Positions 8,896 to 18,981 of a DNA stretch of 64,000 bases are shown piece by piece (within the stretch, counting starts at the first letter, position 1; every line of letters begins with the position of its first letter). Both the position numbers and the translations under genes were made by a program. Under the pieces are notes generated by a model that was not told the DNA's origin, ran no database searches, and worked only from the letters and a program-made list of their open reading frames with translations. The DNA comes from Chthoniobacteraceae bacterium (GTDB lineage: Bacteria; Verrucomicrobiota; Verrucomicrobiia; Chthoniobacterales; Chthoniobacteraceae): assembly GCA_031409335.1 (NCBI GenBank), contig JANNWY010000083.1:64001-128000 (forward strand). Reading direction: 5' to 3'.

Positions 8896-11800
8896 ATGCC
8901 AATGACCCTCAGTGAGAAAGTCCATACAACTCCGAAGCCAAAGCGGCGCGGACGGTTGCGACGGCTCGTGAGGTGGGGATTTTTGCTGCTCGCGATCGTG
9001 GTGGTTTTTCATCGCCCGCTGGTGCGTTTCATCGCCATCCAGATCGCAGCGCGACAGCATCTCGCGCTGGATTTTCGGCTTTCGGGAACGGTGTTCACGA
9101 ACCTCAAGATCGAGGGCATCCGGGTCGCGCCGAATGGCACCGGGCCAACGCCGGTCGAGAAAATCGCGATTGAGCGGCTGCGGTTCGACTACAGCATTCC
9201 GATGCTGATCCGCCACGGGCTCGGCGAATTTTTACGCAGCTACGAAATCCACCGCGCGGATCTCGCATTCGTGGAGATCCCGCGCGACGCGAAATCCCCG
9301 CGGCGGGAGCGTGAGAAGGCGGGCATCATCCGCATCCTTCGGACGATCCTGGCGCAGCCGGCGGCGTACGCGGATCGGGCGGAGATCGAGGATTTCAATC
9401 TCCGCATCCGCACGGAAAAACACGAGACTCGCGTGGAAGGCGTCCACATCCTGCTCGCGCCGGATCGCGCTGGCTACGTGCGGGCGCGGCGGGTCGCGGC
9501 GCCGCATCTGCCGGTGTGGGAAAATCTCAGCGCCGAGACCAGCTACACGGCGCGCAATTTGTTCGTGAAGAATCTCACGATCACGCCCGATCTGGTGCTG
9601 CGCGATGTGAATTTCGACGCCTCGCAGCGCGCGGAAAACAAGGGGAACATGAGCCTGCGCGCGAATGTCTTTGGCGGCGAGGTGTGGCTTTTCATCGACG
9701 GCAGCCAGCTCCGCGAAAAGGGGAAAAACCTCGAACACAGCTATGCGACGAAGACGAAGCTCACGGTGACGAATGTGAACGCGCGAGCGGCGGCGGCGTA
9801 TTTCGGATTGAAAAATCTGCCGCTGGAAACGGTCGCGTCGTTCAAGGCGGAATTTTCCGGCGAGCCGGAGAAGCCGCGGACATGGCGGGGAGAAATGATG
9901 GCGGTCGTGGAGCGGATCGCGGCGGGGCCGCTGCAAATCGAGCGGGTGAATTTGAACTCATCGGTGAAGGACGGGACGGCGCTGGTCGCGCTGGATGCCG
10001 GCGTGGCGGGAAACACGGTGACGATTTCCGCCACCGCGCAGGTGCCGGAATCGGTGAACGATTTCGACACGACGAATGGCGAAGCGACGATCGCCATCGA
10101 CGCGCCGCACCTGGCGGAACTCGGCGGCGCGCTGCGCATGAAGGAGCCGATGACCGGCGCGGCCTCGGCGAATGCACGGGTGACGCTGCGTGATCGCGTG
10201 GCTGCGACCTCGGTAAATCTGACCGCGGACAACGTCGCTGTCGGCCCCGTCGGCCTCACCACCGCGCGGTTGAAACTCACGGCGGAGAAGAAGTTTGGCG
10301 GCAAGGGATTCGAGGGTGTCAGTGGACAGATCGGCGGCGACCTTGCCGGCGTGCGCTTCAAGACGTTCGCGACGGACTCGGCGACGCTGGTCGCGTCGTT
10401 GAGCGGGCGGGTGGTCGATGTTTCCCGGCTCGAAATCGCGCGCGGCGAAAACAACGTGAGCGCGAACGGCACTTATGAAATCCCGGTCGATCTGAAATCG
10501 GCGGCGAAAGCTCCGGTGGATGCGCGGATCACGATCAATGCGCCGCGGCTGGCGGAGTTTGGGATCGTGGTGAAGGATCACGCGCTCGACGGGCGTATCA
10601 CGGCGCAAGGCGCGGTGAAGCTCATCGATGGCGCGCCGGTCGGGGGCATCGAGATCGACGGTGGCGGCTTCAAGCTCGGCACATTCGCCGCGGAGTCGCT
10701 GGTCGCGCGGGTGAAGCTGGCGGACCGCGCGGCGGAGATCGAGCGGCTCACTTTGAAACTCAACGCGAAGGATCAAATCTCGGCGTCTGGAAAAGTGACG
10801 GTCGATGCTCCGAATACGTACGACGGAAAGCTCGTCGCCGGGATCGAAAACCTGGCGGTGGTGCAGCCGCTCCTCGAAATCTTCGGCGTCAAGGAATCGC
10901 TCGCGGGCAGTCTGGCTATCGACTGGAAGGGAAAGGGTGACATCAAGCCGGCGACTTACGCGGGTGATATGAAGCTCGCGATTTCCAAAGCGAAATACGG
11001 AAAGATCGATCTCAGCGAAGTGCGGCTCGCGGCGGTGTACGGGCCGAACTATGCGAAATCGACCGAACTGCGCATCGTCACGGGCACGACGAAATTTGAG
11101 TGCGATCTCGACATCGAGGAAGGCAAGCTGCGCCTTCAGAAAATCAACCTGCAGCAGGGCGAGCAGACCGCGCTCACCGGCTACATTTTTCTCCCGATCG
11201 ACCTCGCGAGCCCGACCCAAAAAATCCCGCTGGAGGAGCGGCTCGCGATGAATCTGACCGCGAACAGCGTCGATCTCGACAAGCTGTTCGCCAGCCTCGG
11301 CAAGACCTCGCCCATCAGCGGCACAGTCTCCGCGACGCTCGTCTCGGGCGGCACGCTGCTGAATCCCGCGGGGCAGTTGCAGATGAAGGCGCGGGCGATC
11401 ACGGCGAAGTCCGCGCCGAAATTCGACCAGGCGGAACTCGATCTGACGCTGAACTATTCCGAGAAGTTTCTGACGCTGGATGCGACTGCGCGACAGCGCG
11501 AAATCCAGCCGCTCATCATCAAAGGACGACTGCCGCTCGACATCGAAAAAGCGGTGAAAGAGAAAGCGTACGATCCCGCGTTGCCGATTGATTTCACGGC
11601 GAAGATCGCGCCCTCGCCGCTCGCGAACATCCCAAAATTCGTCCCGGCCGTGCGCCGCATCGATGGCACGCTGGGGCTCGATCTGCGAGTCGCGGGCACG
11701 TTTGGAAAACCGGAAATCACGATGGGACTCGACGTCGATCTCAAGGGCGCGCGGATGACGGCGGAAAGCGTGCCGGCGGTCGGCGCATTCCAGGCAAAGC

Positions 11801-12885
11801 TCGGGTATGCGAACCAGACGCTTTCGTTGAATGCCTTCAAAGGCGAACTCGGCGGCGGCACTTTCAAACTCAGCGGCACGGTGAAAGCGCCGGAACTCGA
11901 CCAGCTCAGTTTCGGACCGAAGGTGGTTTTCCCAAAAGCGATCGCGCCGATCTTCGACCTGCGGCTGGAATCCGACGAAGTGCTGGTGCTGCGAAACGAC
12001 TCCATCACCGTGCGCGCGGACGCCGACGTGAAACTCGCGGGGCCGCTGAATGCTGCCGCTGCGACCGGCACGATCTACGTCACCCACAGCCGCTTTTTCA
12101 AAGAGATCGACATCCTGCCGATCGCGCTGCCGGGCCGCCCGAAGCCCGCGCCGAAATCCGCGCCGCGGCAGAAGAACATTTCATTTCCCAATCCCCCGCT
12201 GCGCGACTGGAAATTCGACGTCGCGATCAAGACGCGAGACGACGATCCGTTCCGCGTCCGCGGCAATCTGGCGAACGGTGCTGCCGCGCTTGCGCTGCGG
12301 TTTGCGGGCACCGGGCTGAAGCCGTGGCTCGACGGCAACATCCGCATCGACTCGTTCAACGCGAGCCTGCCGTTCAGCCGGCTGTCCGTGACACGCGGGT
12401 ATATCTATTTCAATGAGGACGCGCCATTCGAGCCATTGCTCGATCTCCAGGCGGAGTCGCGGGCGCGCGATTATTTGATCAACGCATACATTTACGGCAG
12501 CGGGACCAGTCCGCAGATTTCGCTTTCGAGTGAGCCGCCGCTGCCGCACTCGGACATCGTCTCGCTGCTCGCCACCGGCACGACGACAGCCGATCTCGGC
12601 GCGAATTCCGAAGCGCTCATGAGCCGCGCGGCGATGCTCGCCCTGAAGCAGGGCTATCAGAAACTTTTCAAACGCGGCACGCCGCCGCCGCCCACGGCTG
12701 CGAAGACCGAGGATGGAAATTTGCTCGATCGTTTTGAGATGGCGCTCGGCTCGACCAGCAACCGGAGCGGTCGCCAGGAAATCATCACCAGCTTCAAGAT
12801 CAACGATCAGCTCTACCTCATCGGCGACGCAGGCGTGGATGGACAGTTCACGGGCCGTCTGAAATATCTCATCCGATTCCGCTAG
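8896..12885 (+). CDS. tamB: Translocation/assembly module TamB-like protein (AsmA/DUF490)
   Basis: N-terminal TM anchor, long beta-rich body, C-terminal LSSEPPLPHSDIVSLLATG; abuts an Omp85 gene. Confidence 0.82.
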   Translation: MPMTLSEKVHTTPKPKRRGRLRRLVRWGFLLLAIVVVFHRPLVRFIAIQIAARQHLALDFRLSGTVFTNLKIEGIRVAPNGTGPTPVEKIAIERLRFDYSIPMLIRHGLGEFLRSYEIHRADLAFVEIPRDAKSPRREREKAGIIRILRTILAQPAAYADRAEIEDFNLRIRTEKHETRVEGVHILLAPDRAGYVRARRVAAPHLPVWENLSAETSYTARNLFVKNLTITPDLVLRDVNFDASQRAENKGNMSLRANVFGGEVWLFIDGSQLREKGKNLEHSYATKTKLTVTNVNARAAAAYFGLKNLPLETVASFKAEFSGEPEKPRTWRGEMMAVVERIAAGPLQIERVNLNSSVKDGTALVALDAGVAGNTVTISATAQVPESVNDFDTTNGEATIAIDAPHLAELGGALRMKEPMTGAASANARVTLRDRVAATSVNLTADNVAVGPVGLTTARLKLTAEKKFGGKGFEGVSGQIGGDLAGVRFKTFATDSATLVASLSGRVVDVSRLEIARGENNVSANGTYEIPVDLKSAAKAPVDARITINAPRLAEFGIVVKDHALDGRITAQGAVKLIDGAPVGGIEIDGGGFKLGTFAAESLVARVKLADRAAEIERLTLKLNAKDQISASGKVTVDAPNTYDGKLVAGIENLAVVQPLLEIFGVKESLAGSLAIDWKGKGDIKPATYAGDMKLAISKAKYGKIDLSEVRLAAVYGPNYAKSTELRIVTGTTKFECDLDIEEGKLRLQKINLQQGEQTALTGYIFLPIDLASPTQKIPLEERLAMNLTANSVDLDKLFASLGKTSPISGTVSATLVSGGTLLNPAGQLQMKARAITAKSAPKFDQAELDLTLNYSEKFLTLDATARQREIQPLIIKGRLPLDIEKAVKEKAYDPALPIDFTAKIAPSPLANIPKFVPAVRRIDGTLGLDLRVAGTFGKPEITMGLDVDLKGARMTAESVPAVGAFQAKLGYANQTLSLNAFKGELGGGTFKLSGTVKAPELDQLSFGPKVVFPKAIAPIFDLRLESDEVLVLRNDSITVRADADVKLAGPLNAAAATGTIYVTHSRFFKEIDILPIALPGRPKPAPKSAPRQKNISFPNPPLRDWKFDVAIKTRDDDPFRVRGNLANGAAALALRFAGTGLKPWLDGNIRIDSFNASLPFSRLSVTRGYIYFNEDAPFEPLLDLQAESRARDYLINAYIYGSGTSPQISLSSEPPLPHSDIVSLLATGTTTADLGANSEALMSRAAMLALKQGYQKLFKRGTPPPPTAAKTEDGNLLDRFEMALGSTSNRSGRQEIITSFKINDQLYLIGDAGVDGQFTGRLKYLIRFR

Positions 12886-14946
12886 ATGCGCCGCGCACCG
12901 ATTCCCCTGCTCCTACTCCCGCTCCTGGCACTCGCTTCCGCGCCTGCCGCCGACAATGCGCGCAACGCCCTGCTCGGCGCGGAGCTTCTGCAAACCGCCC
13001 TTGCTCCGGCAGTGAAGCAGCGCGTCGAATTCGTCGGCGCAAAGTCTTTCAACGAAGCCGAACTCAACGCGGCGATCGCCGAGCAGATCCGCGAGGTCAC
13101 CGACGGCGGAGTGACACCCGCGCGGGCCGACGACATGGCATTTTACCTCGGTGCGTTTTATCGGAAGAAAGGCTTTGCCGACGCTCAGGTGGACTACGAA
13201 ATCCGTGGCGATAAAGTGCTCCTGAAGATCAGCGAAGGTCCGCGGTCGCTGCTGCGTTCCGTCACTTTCGAGGGCAATCGCTCGATTCCGAAAGCCACAC
13301 TTTGGGAATACTTTCTCGGTGCCACGGAAGAGCGACTCCAAAAGGAGGCGGAGATGTTTCCCTACAATGCCGGCGAGATCGCGAGCGGCGCGGATCGCGT
13401 GCGCGGCTTCTACATTTCCGAGGGTTATCTCGATGCTGTCGTCGATGCCGCGAAGATCGACCTCGCGGAGAATGGCACGCGCGCGAGCGTGACGGTGCGC
13501 ATCGAAGAGCGGCAGCGATACGTTTTCGGAAATGTGCAGTTTGGCGGGGATGCCAAATTCTCACGCGCGGAATTGATCAAGGCGATGGGCGAGCCGGTCG
13601 ATGGTCCGTTTTCGGCCACGAAGGTGACGAACGCGCAGCGCAACATTCAGTCGTTCCTCAAAGCCCACGGCTATTACCAGGCCGATGTCGCCGTCGCCGC
13701 CGATCCGGCGAAGGCAGTGCGCGGGCGCGTTGCGGTGCGCTTCGATGTCACGCCGCGCCGGCTGTTTTACTTCGATGGCATCACCGCGAAAGGCACCGAC
13801 CGCCTGCGGCCCGACTTCCTGCCGAAACGGTTCGCGCACTTGAAGGGCGAAAAGTATGACCCGGAAAAGCTGGATGAAACTTTTCGCGAAATGCTGCGCA
13901 CCGGCCTTTTCAAAAACCTGCGCATTTCCCCCACGCCGATCAACGGCGACCGGCTGCGAATCGACCTCACGGTGGAGGAAGCGAAGGCGCGCGAAATCGG
14001 TGCCACGATCGGGGCCGGTTCGTATGAAGGCGTGAGCGTCGGCATCCGGCTCGCGGATCGGAATCTCCTCGGCCGCGGGCGTCCCCTTTCGCTCGGCGTG
14101 GACTACTCGCAGCGCGGCCTCCGCGGCGAATTGCTCTACGTCGATCCGTGGCTTCTCGACACGCGGTTCAATCTCCGCGCGCGCCTTTACTCGGCGATCC
14201 GCGATGAGGACGGCTACTCGAAAAATGAAATCGGCTGGCGGTTCGATCTCTCGCGAAAACTTCTCCCGCATCTCGAACTCGGTGCATTCGTCGAGCAGGA
14301 AAAAGTCACACTCACCGCGAATGGCATCGACCTCGCGCAACTCGGCCCGACGGACTACTTTCTCACCAGCGTCGGCCTCACCGCGTCGATCGACTACCGC
14401 GACGATCCGATCAATCCGTCGCGCGGCTTCATTTTCACCAACGCCACCGACTTCTCGACGATCGACGGCGAACCTGCGTTCACGCGCTATACCGTCCGCT
14501 TTTCCTACTACCTCTCCGTGCGAAAACTTCTGTTCGCCTTTGGCGCGCGCAGCGGTCTCATCGCGCCCATCGCCGACCGCTCGGACATCCCGATCGACGT
14601 GCGCTACTTCAGCGGCGGCGGCACCACGGTGCGTAGTTTCGCCGAGCGCGAACTCGGCCCGCAAAGCCGGAGCGGCGACCCCACCGGCGGCGAATTTTTC
14701 ACCATCTTCAATGCCGAGATGACCTTCCCGCTCGTGCGCGGGCTGCAAGGCGCGGTGTTCATCGATGCGGGAAATCTCACGACTTCCGATGACATCGGCC
14801 TCGACGACATGCGCTACGCCACCGGCCTCGGCCTGCGCTACAAACTCCCGATCGGCCCGCTGCGCCTCGACTACGGCGTGAATCCATCCCCGAAAGGCGA
14901 CGAAGCGCGCGGCGCATTTCACTTCTCGTTTGGCTTTGCGTTTTGA
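12886..14946 (+). CDS. Omp85/TamA-BamA family protein with POTRA domains
   Basis: POTRA-like repeats, YFSGGGTTVRSF, GLRYKLPIGPLRLDYG, C-terminal FSFGFAF. Confidence 0.92.
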   Translation: MRRAPIPLLLLPLLALASAPAADNARNALLGAELLQTALAPAVKQRVEFVGAKSFNEAELNAAIAEQIREVTDGGVTPARADDMAFYLGAFYRKKGFADAQVDYEIRGDKVLLKISEGPRSLLRSVTFEGNRSIPKATLWEYFLGATEERLQKEAEMFPYNAGEIASGADRVRGFYISEGYLDAVVDAAKIDLAENGTRASVTVRIEERQRYVFGNVQFGGDAKFSRAELIKAMGEPVDGPFSATKVTNAQRNIQSFLKAHGYYQADVAVAADPAKAVRGRVAVRFDVTPRRLFYFDGITAKGTDRLRPDFLPKRFAHLKGEKYDPEKLDETFREMLRTGLFKNLRISPTPINGDRLRIDLTVEEAKAREIGATIGAGSYEGVSVGIRLADRNLLGRGRPLSLGVDYSQRGLRGELLYVDPWLLDTRFNLRARLYSAIRDEDGYSKNEIGWRFDLSRKLLPHLELGAFVEQEKVTLTANGIDLAQLGPTDYFLTSVGLTASIDYRDDPINPSRGFIFTNATDFSTIDGEPAFTRYTVRFSYYLSVRKLLFAFGARSGLIAPIADRSDIPIDVRYFSGGGTTVRSFAERELGPQSRSGDPTGGEFFTIFNAEMTFPLVRGLQGAVFIDAGNLTTSDDIGLDDMRYATGLGLRYKLPIGPLRLDYGVNPSPKGDEARGAFHFSFGFAF

Positions 14947-15046
14947 CCGCGCGCTGTCCGCACTTTTAATCCCACCCGAACATTGGCGACGATTTGGATT
15001 GTTCACCGCGCACGTTTCTTTCTATGTAGAGGGGACAAAGTACCGA

Positions 15047-17491
15047 ATGGCCGCGGCGAAAATCAGCAAATTCATTTCTGCGAATCGATGCATCCTTGTC
15101 ATCGGCATTATCTCGATGATCGCGGTGGGCGAGTCGCGCGCGGCGAAGCCGAAAAGTAAACGGACGCCTGCGCAGGCCGCGCCGCACCTCCCGAAAAAAG
15201 AACATCGCTCGCCGGTCAGCCGGATTTTTCTCGGTGACGAATACGGCGAGCAGACCGTGCAGGAGTCGCCGCCAAAAAGCCCGGCGCAGTTCAATCCCGA
15301 CCCCGGCGGAACCGGCGGCGCGGTGCCACCGCCCGCAGTCCCGGAATGGGTGGCACCGGAGCAGAATCTTCTGTTCGGTCCGCAGCCGCTTCCGCCGCCG
15401 AAGTATGGCAGCGCGCCGCTGAGTGGCAGCGAGAAACTTCCGCGTCGCGGTGTGCTGGGTCGCACGGCGTCGAATCACATCTGGGAGTATCCCGAGTATC
15501 CGCTGGGGCGCGAAGGGCTCGGCTTTCCGCAGGGTTTCACGGGCGTGCCAAATCGCTGGTATCTGAACATCCCGCACTGGCAGCGCTACATGGATCCGTC
15601 GCACGAGACGCCTTACATGTATGACACGCCGCGGCTGTGGCATCCGTACGAGCAGAGCACGCTGAAGGGGGATGTGCCGATCATTGGGGAGGACATCTTC
15701 ATGAATTTGACGGCGAAAAATTTCACGCTGATCGAAAAGAAAAAGCTGCCGACACCGAGCGGAGTGAGCGCGGCGCAGCCGAATTCGTCGGAGTTTTTCG
15801 GACGCAGCGAGCAGTCGCTGTTCGTGAATGATTTTTCGATCGCGGTGGATATTTTCGAGGGCGAGACGGCGTTCAAGCCGGTGACGTGGCTGATCCGCGT
15901 GCTCGGCGTTTACAACAACAACTGGATCCGCGTGCAGGAGAACAACCTCATCGACGCCGATCCGCGCGGCACGATTTTCGAGGACGACAGAAGCTCGCCG
16001 GATGCCGGCAAGATTCAGGCGATCCCAAATCGCAGCACGGACTTCAATCCGGTGGCCGGTTTGCCCGGCGCGTTCAAGTCGGATGTGAATCCGGGCGACG
16101 TGTTCAACTTTCTCCAGCCGGGGCTGAAGAGCGCGGGCAATGCGAAGGATCCCGTGCCCGTGGCGAATGCGACAAACGAAATCCCGAAGAATGGCACGAA
16201 GGACAAAAACCGGCGCGACAACAAGGATCGGAACAAGGACTTCGCCGGCACGCGCTACACCGAGCGGCATCGGGATTTCATCGCGCTCCAGGAAGCGTTC
16301 GGCGAAATCCACATCGGCGATCTGTCGAACAACTATGACTTCCTCTCGTCGCGCTGGGGCATCCAGCCGTTCGTCTCGGACTTCCGCGGTTTCATCTTCT
16401 CGGACACGAATCTCGGCGCGCGGATTTTTGGCAACTGGGATAACAACCGCTGGCAATACAACCTCGTCTATTTCAACCAGCGCGAGAAGGACACTTACTC
16501 GGACTTGAATACATTCGAGTCGCGCAAGCAGCAGGTGCTGATCGCGAATGTGTTCAAGCAGGACTTTCTGTTCAAAGGCTACACGGCGCAGTGGAGCTTC
16601 CACATGAACCATGACGACGGTGGCACGCACTACGACAAGAACGGGAACATCACCCGGCCCGCCGTGCTCGGCAGCGTGGAAGACGATGGCCGGCCGGGCA
16701 GCGACGGGCAGCTCAAGGGTCACGACGTAAAAGCGTTCTATTTCGGATGGACTGGCGACGGCCACATCGGGCGGATGAACATCACGCACGCCTACTACCA
16801 CGTCGTCGGCGAGGATGAATTTAACGGCCTCGCCGGGCGGAAGGTCGATATCGACGCGCACATGGCCGCGCTCGAGTTGAGCTACGATCGCGACTGGATT
16901 CGCTTCAAACTCTCCGGCTTCTACGCCAGCGGCGACAGCAACCCGACCGATCGCACGGCGAAAGGTTTTGACTCGATCATCGACAATCCGTTTTTCGTCG
17001 GCGGACCGTTCAGTTGGTACGTGCATCAGGGCTTTAATCTCGCCGGGACTGCGGTGAGCCTGAAGCAGCGCGATTCGCTCATCCCAAATCTGCGCACCAG
17101 CAAAACCGAGGGCCAGTCGAACTTCGTGAACCCCGGCGTCTTCATCCTCGGTGCGGCGACGGACATCGACATCACGCCGAAGCTCAAAGCCTTCGCCAAC
17201 GTGAACTACATCTGGCTCGCGGAAACCAAGCCGATCGAAATCGCGCTCCAGACGAACAAGTCGCGCGACGAACTCGGCCTCGATTGCAGCCTCGGTTTCA
17301 AATACCGCCCGCTGCTCACCGACAACATCGTCATGGCCGCTGGCATGGGCGTCTTTTTCCCCGGCGCGGGCTACCGCGACATCTATCGGCGGAATACGCA
17401 GTACGTCCCCGGCTACGGCCCGCAGGAACAGGCGGGAAAAGTCGATCGCTTCCTCTACAACGCGTTCTTTTCGATCTCGTTCGTCTATTGA
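15047..17491 (+). CDS. Large uncharacterised outer-membrane beta-barrel protein
   Basis: Signal-like N-terminus, Pro-rich linker, aromatic amphipathic strands, C-terminal FFSISFVY; start uncertain. Confidence 0.7.
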   Translation: MAAAKISKFISANRCILVIGIISMIAVGESRAAKPKSKRTPAQAAPHLPKKEHRSPVSRIFLGDEYGEQTVQESPPKSPAQFNPDPGGTGGAVPPPAVPEWVAPEQNLLFGPQPLPPPKYGSAPLSGSEKLPRRGVLGRTASNHIWEYPEYPLGREGLGFPQGFTGVPNRWYLNIPHWQRYMDPSHETPYMYDTPRLWHPYEQSTLKGDVPIIGEDIFMNLTAKNFTLIEKKKLPTPSGVSAAQPNSSEFFGRSEQSLFVNDFSIAVDIFEGETAFKPVTWLIRVLGVYNNNWIRVQENNLIDADPRGTIFEDDRSSPDAGKIQAIPNRSTDFNPVAGLPGAFKSDVNPGDVFNFLQPGLKSAGNAKDPVPVANATNEIPKNGTKDKNRRDNKDRNKDFAGTRYTERHRDFIALQEAFGEIHIGDLSNNYDFLSSRWGIQPFVSDFRGFIFSDTNLGARIFGNWDNNRWQYNLVYFNQREKDTYSDLNTFESRKQQVLIANVFKQDFLFKGYTAQWSFHMNHDDGGTHYDKNGNITRPAVLGSVEDDGRPGSDGQLKGHDVKAFYFGWTGDGHIGRMNITHAYYHVVGEDEFNGLAGRKVDIDAHMAALELSYDRDWIRFKLSGFYASGDSNPTDRTAKGFDSIIDNPFFVGGPFSWYVHQGFNLAGTAVSLKQRDSLIPNLRTSKTEGQSNFVNPGVFILGAATDIDITPKLKAFANVNYIWLAETKPIEIALQTNKSRDELGLDCSLGFKYRPLLTDNIVMAAGMGVFFPGAGYRDIYRRNTQYVPGYGPQEQAGKVDRFLYNAFFSISFVY

Positions 17492-17612
17492 TCTGGCAGT
17501 CGTTCGCCGGCGGGCCGGGCTTCAGTTTGATTTTGTGCGGCCATAGGAATCGGCTCCGCAGGCGCATTTTTCCCACATTTCCCTGCCGCCAAAAAATTTC
17601 CCAACGAATTTT

Positions 17613-17639
17613 GAACCTCCCGCAAAGTCGCGGGTCGAA
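17613..17639 (+). promoter_or_regulatory. Candidate sigmaE/ECF promoter
   Basis: GAACCT-N16-TCGAA (GAAC-N17-GTCGAA). Confidence 0.4.
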
Positions 17640-17669
17640 GGATACAGTTTTCAGTTTTCCTTGGTTGGG

Positions 17670-17707
17670 GCGGGCTGGCGCTGAGTGGGCGCCAGCCCGT
17701 TTTTTTT
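17670..17707 (+). terminator. Intrinsic terminator
   Basis: cgggctggcgc-tgagtgg-gcgccagcccg followed by T8. Confidence 0.85.
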
Positions 17708-17780
17708 GTCCTGAAAGCACCGGCGTCTTCCGCCTGTCAATTTCCGCCATTTCCACGCATCGTCCACCGCTTCACCACCC

Positions 17781-18800
17781 ATGAAATCCTCCAAACGCCT
17801 CTTCCTCTCCACCCTTCCCCTCCTCACCATCGCCCTCCTCTCCGGCACCGGACCACATGCCGGCGCGGCGGCCACCAGCAAAAAAAAGGTCGCCTTCGTC
17901 ACCAACGGCGTCGCGTCGTTCTGGACGATCGCTTCGGTTGGTGTGAAGGCCGCGAGCGAGAAATACGGCGTGGACGCGCAGACGCTCATGCCCGTCGAAG
18001 GCATCAGCGACCAAAAACGCATCATCGAAGATTTGCTGACGCGCGGGACCGACGGCATCGCCGTCAGCCCGATCGACCCGGTCAACCAAACTGAGCTGCT
18101 CAACAAGGTCGCCAAGCGCACCAAACTCATCACGCACGATTCCGATGCGCCCGGCAGCGACCGGCAGGTTTACATCGGCATGGACAACTACAAAGCCGGC
18201 CGGCTCTGCGGCGATCTCGTTCGCGAGGCCATGCCCGACGGCGGCACGGTCATGATTTTCATCGGCCGCCTCGAGCAGGACAACGCCAAGCGCCGCCGCC
18301 AGGGCTGCATCGACGCCATCCTCGGCCGTCCGGTGAACCCCAACAACTTCGATCCGCCGTCCACCGTCATCGAGGGCAACAAATTCAAAATCCTCGGCAC
18401 GCTCACGGATCAATTTGACCGCGCAAAAGGCAAGGCCAACGCTGAGGACACGCTCGCGAAATATCCCAACATCGGCTGCATGGTCGGCCTCTTTGCCTAC
18501 AATCCGCCGCTCATGCTTGAAGCGCTGACGCAGGCGAAAAAGCTCGGCCAGGTGAAAGTCGTGGCTTTCGACGAGGACGACGCCACCCTCGCCGGGATCG
18601 AAAAAGGCACCGTCCACGGAACCGTCGTGCAGAACCCCTACATGTACGGTTTCAAATCCATCGAAATCCTCGCGGAACTCGCGAAAGGAAACACCAGCGT
18701 CATCCCCGCCGACAAATTCATCGACATCCCCGCCCGGCAGATACGCAAGGACACGGTCGGTGAGTTTTGGGCGGATTTGAAGACGAAGACGGGAAAGTAG
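17781..18800 (+). CDS. Sugar ABC transporter substrate-binding protein (RbsB-like)
   Basis: Signal peptide, DGIAVSPIDP, YIGMDNYKAG, VVAFDED, VVQNPYMYG; no permease or ATPase adjacent. Confidence 0.9.
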   Translation: MKSSKRLFLSTLPLLTIALLSGTGPHAGAAATSKKKVAFVTNGVASFWTIASVGVKAASEKYGVDAQTLMPVEGISDQKRIIEDLLTRGTDGIAVSPIDPVNQTELLNKVAKRTKLITHDSDAPGSDRQVYIGMDNYKAGRLCGDLVREAMPDGGTVMIFIGRLEQDNAKRRRQGCIDAILGRPVNPNNFDPPSTVIEGNKFKILGTLTDQFDRAKGKANAEDTLAKYPNIGCMVGLFAYNPPLMLEALTQAKKLGQVKVVAFDEDDATLAGIEKGTVHGTVVQNPYMYGFKSIEILAELAKGNTSVIPADKFIDIPARQIRKDTVGEFWADLKTKTGK

Positions 18801-18878
18801 GCGAGGTTTCCAACCTCGCGCGGCAGGTCCGCTTGGCGTTACTCGGATGCGCGTGGTTGGAAACCTCGCCTACTTTCC
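18792..18878. repeat. GTAG-type REP doublet (REPIN-like inverted repeat)
   Basis: ggaaaGTAGgcgaggtttccaacctcgcg ... cgcgtggttggaaacctcgcCTACtttcc. Confidence 0.75.
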
Positions 18879-18915
18879 AAAAAGAGCGACGCCGCAGGGT
18901 TTGCCTGCGGCGTCG
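18879..18915 (-). terminator. Intrinsic terminator of the DUF4394 PEP-CTERM gene
   Basis: 12-bp stem cgacgccgcagg/cctgcggcgtcg with a nearby U5 on the minus strand. Confidence 0.6.
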
Positions 18916-18981
18916 GTCCTGAACCCTCAGAAGTCTTCCGGCTGGGAGGTCCGGAGAGATTCTGCGTTGGGTGAGGTGAAT

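Noticed and set aside
9958..12087. Long antisense ORFs (also 3289-5025, 14966-17026, 21478-23391, 23210-24877, 32482-34032, 57092-58966)
   Set aside because: Shadow frames of high-GC genes with no motifs of their own
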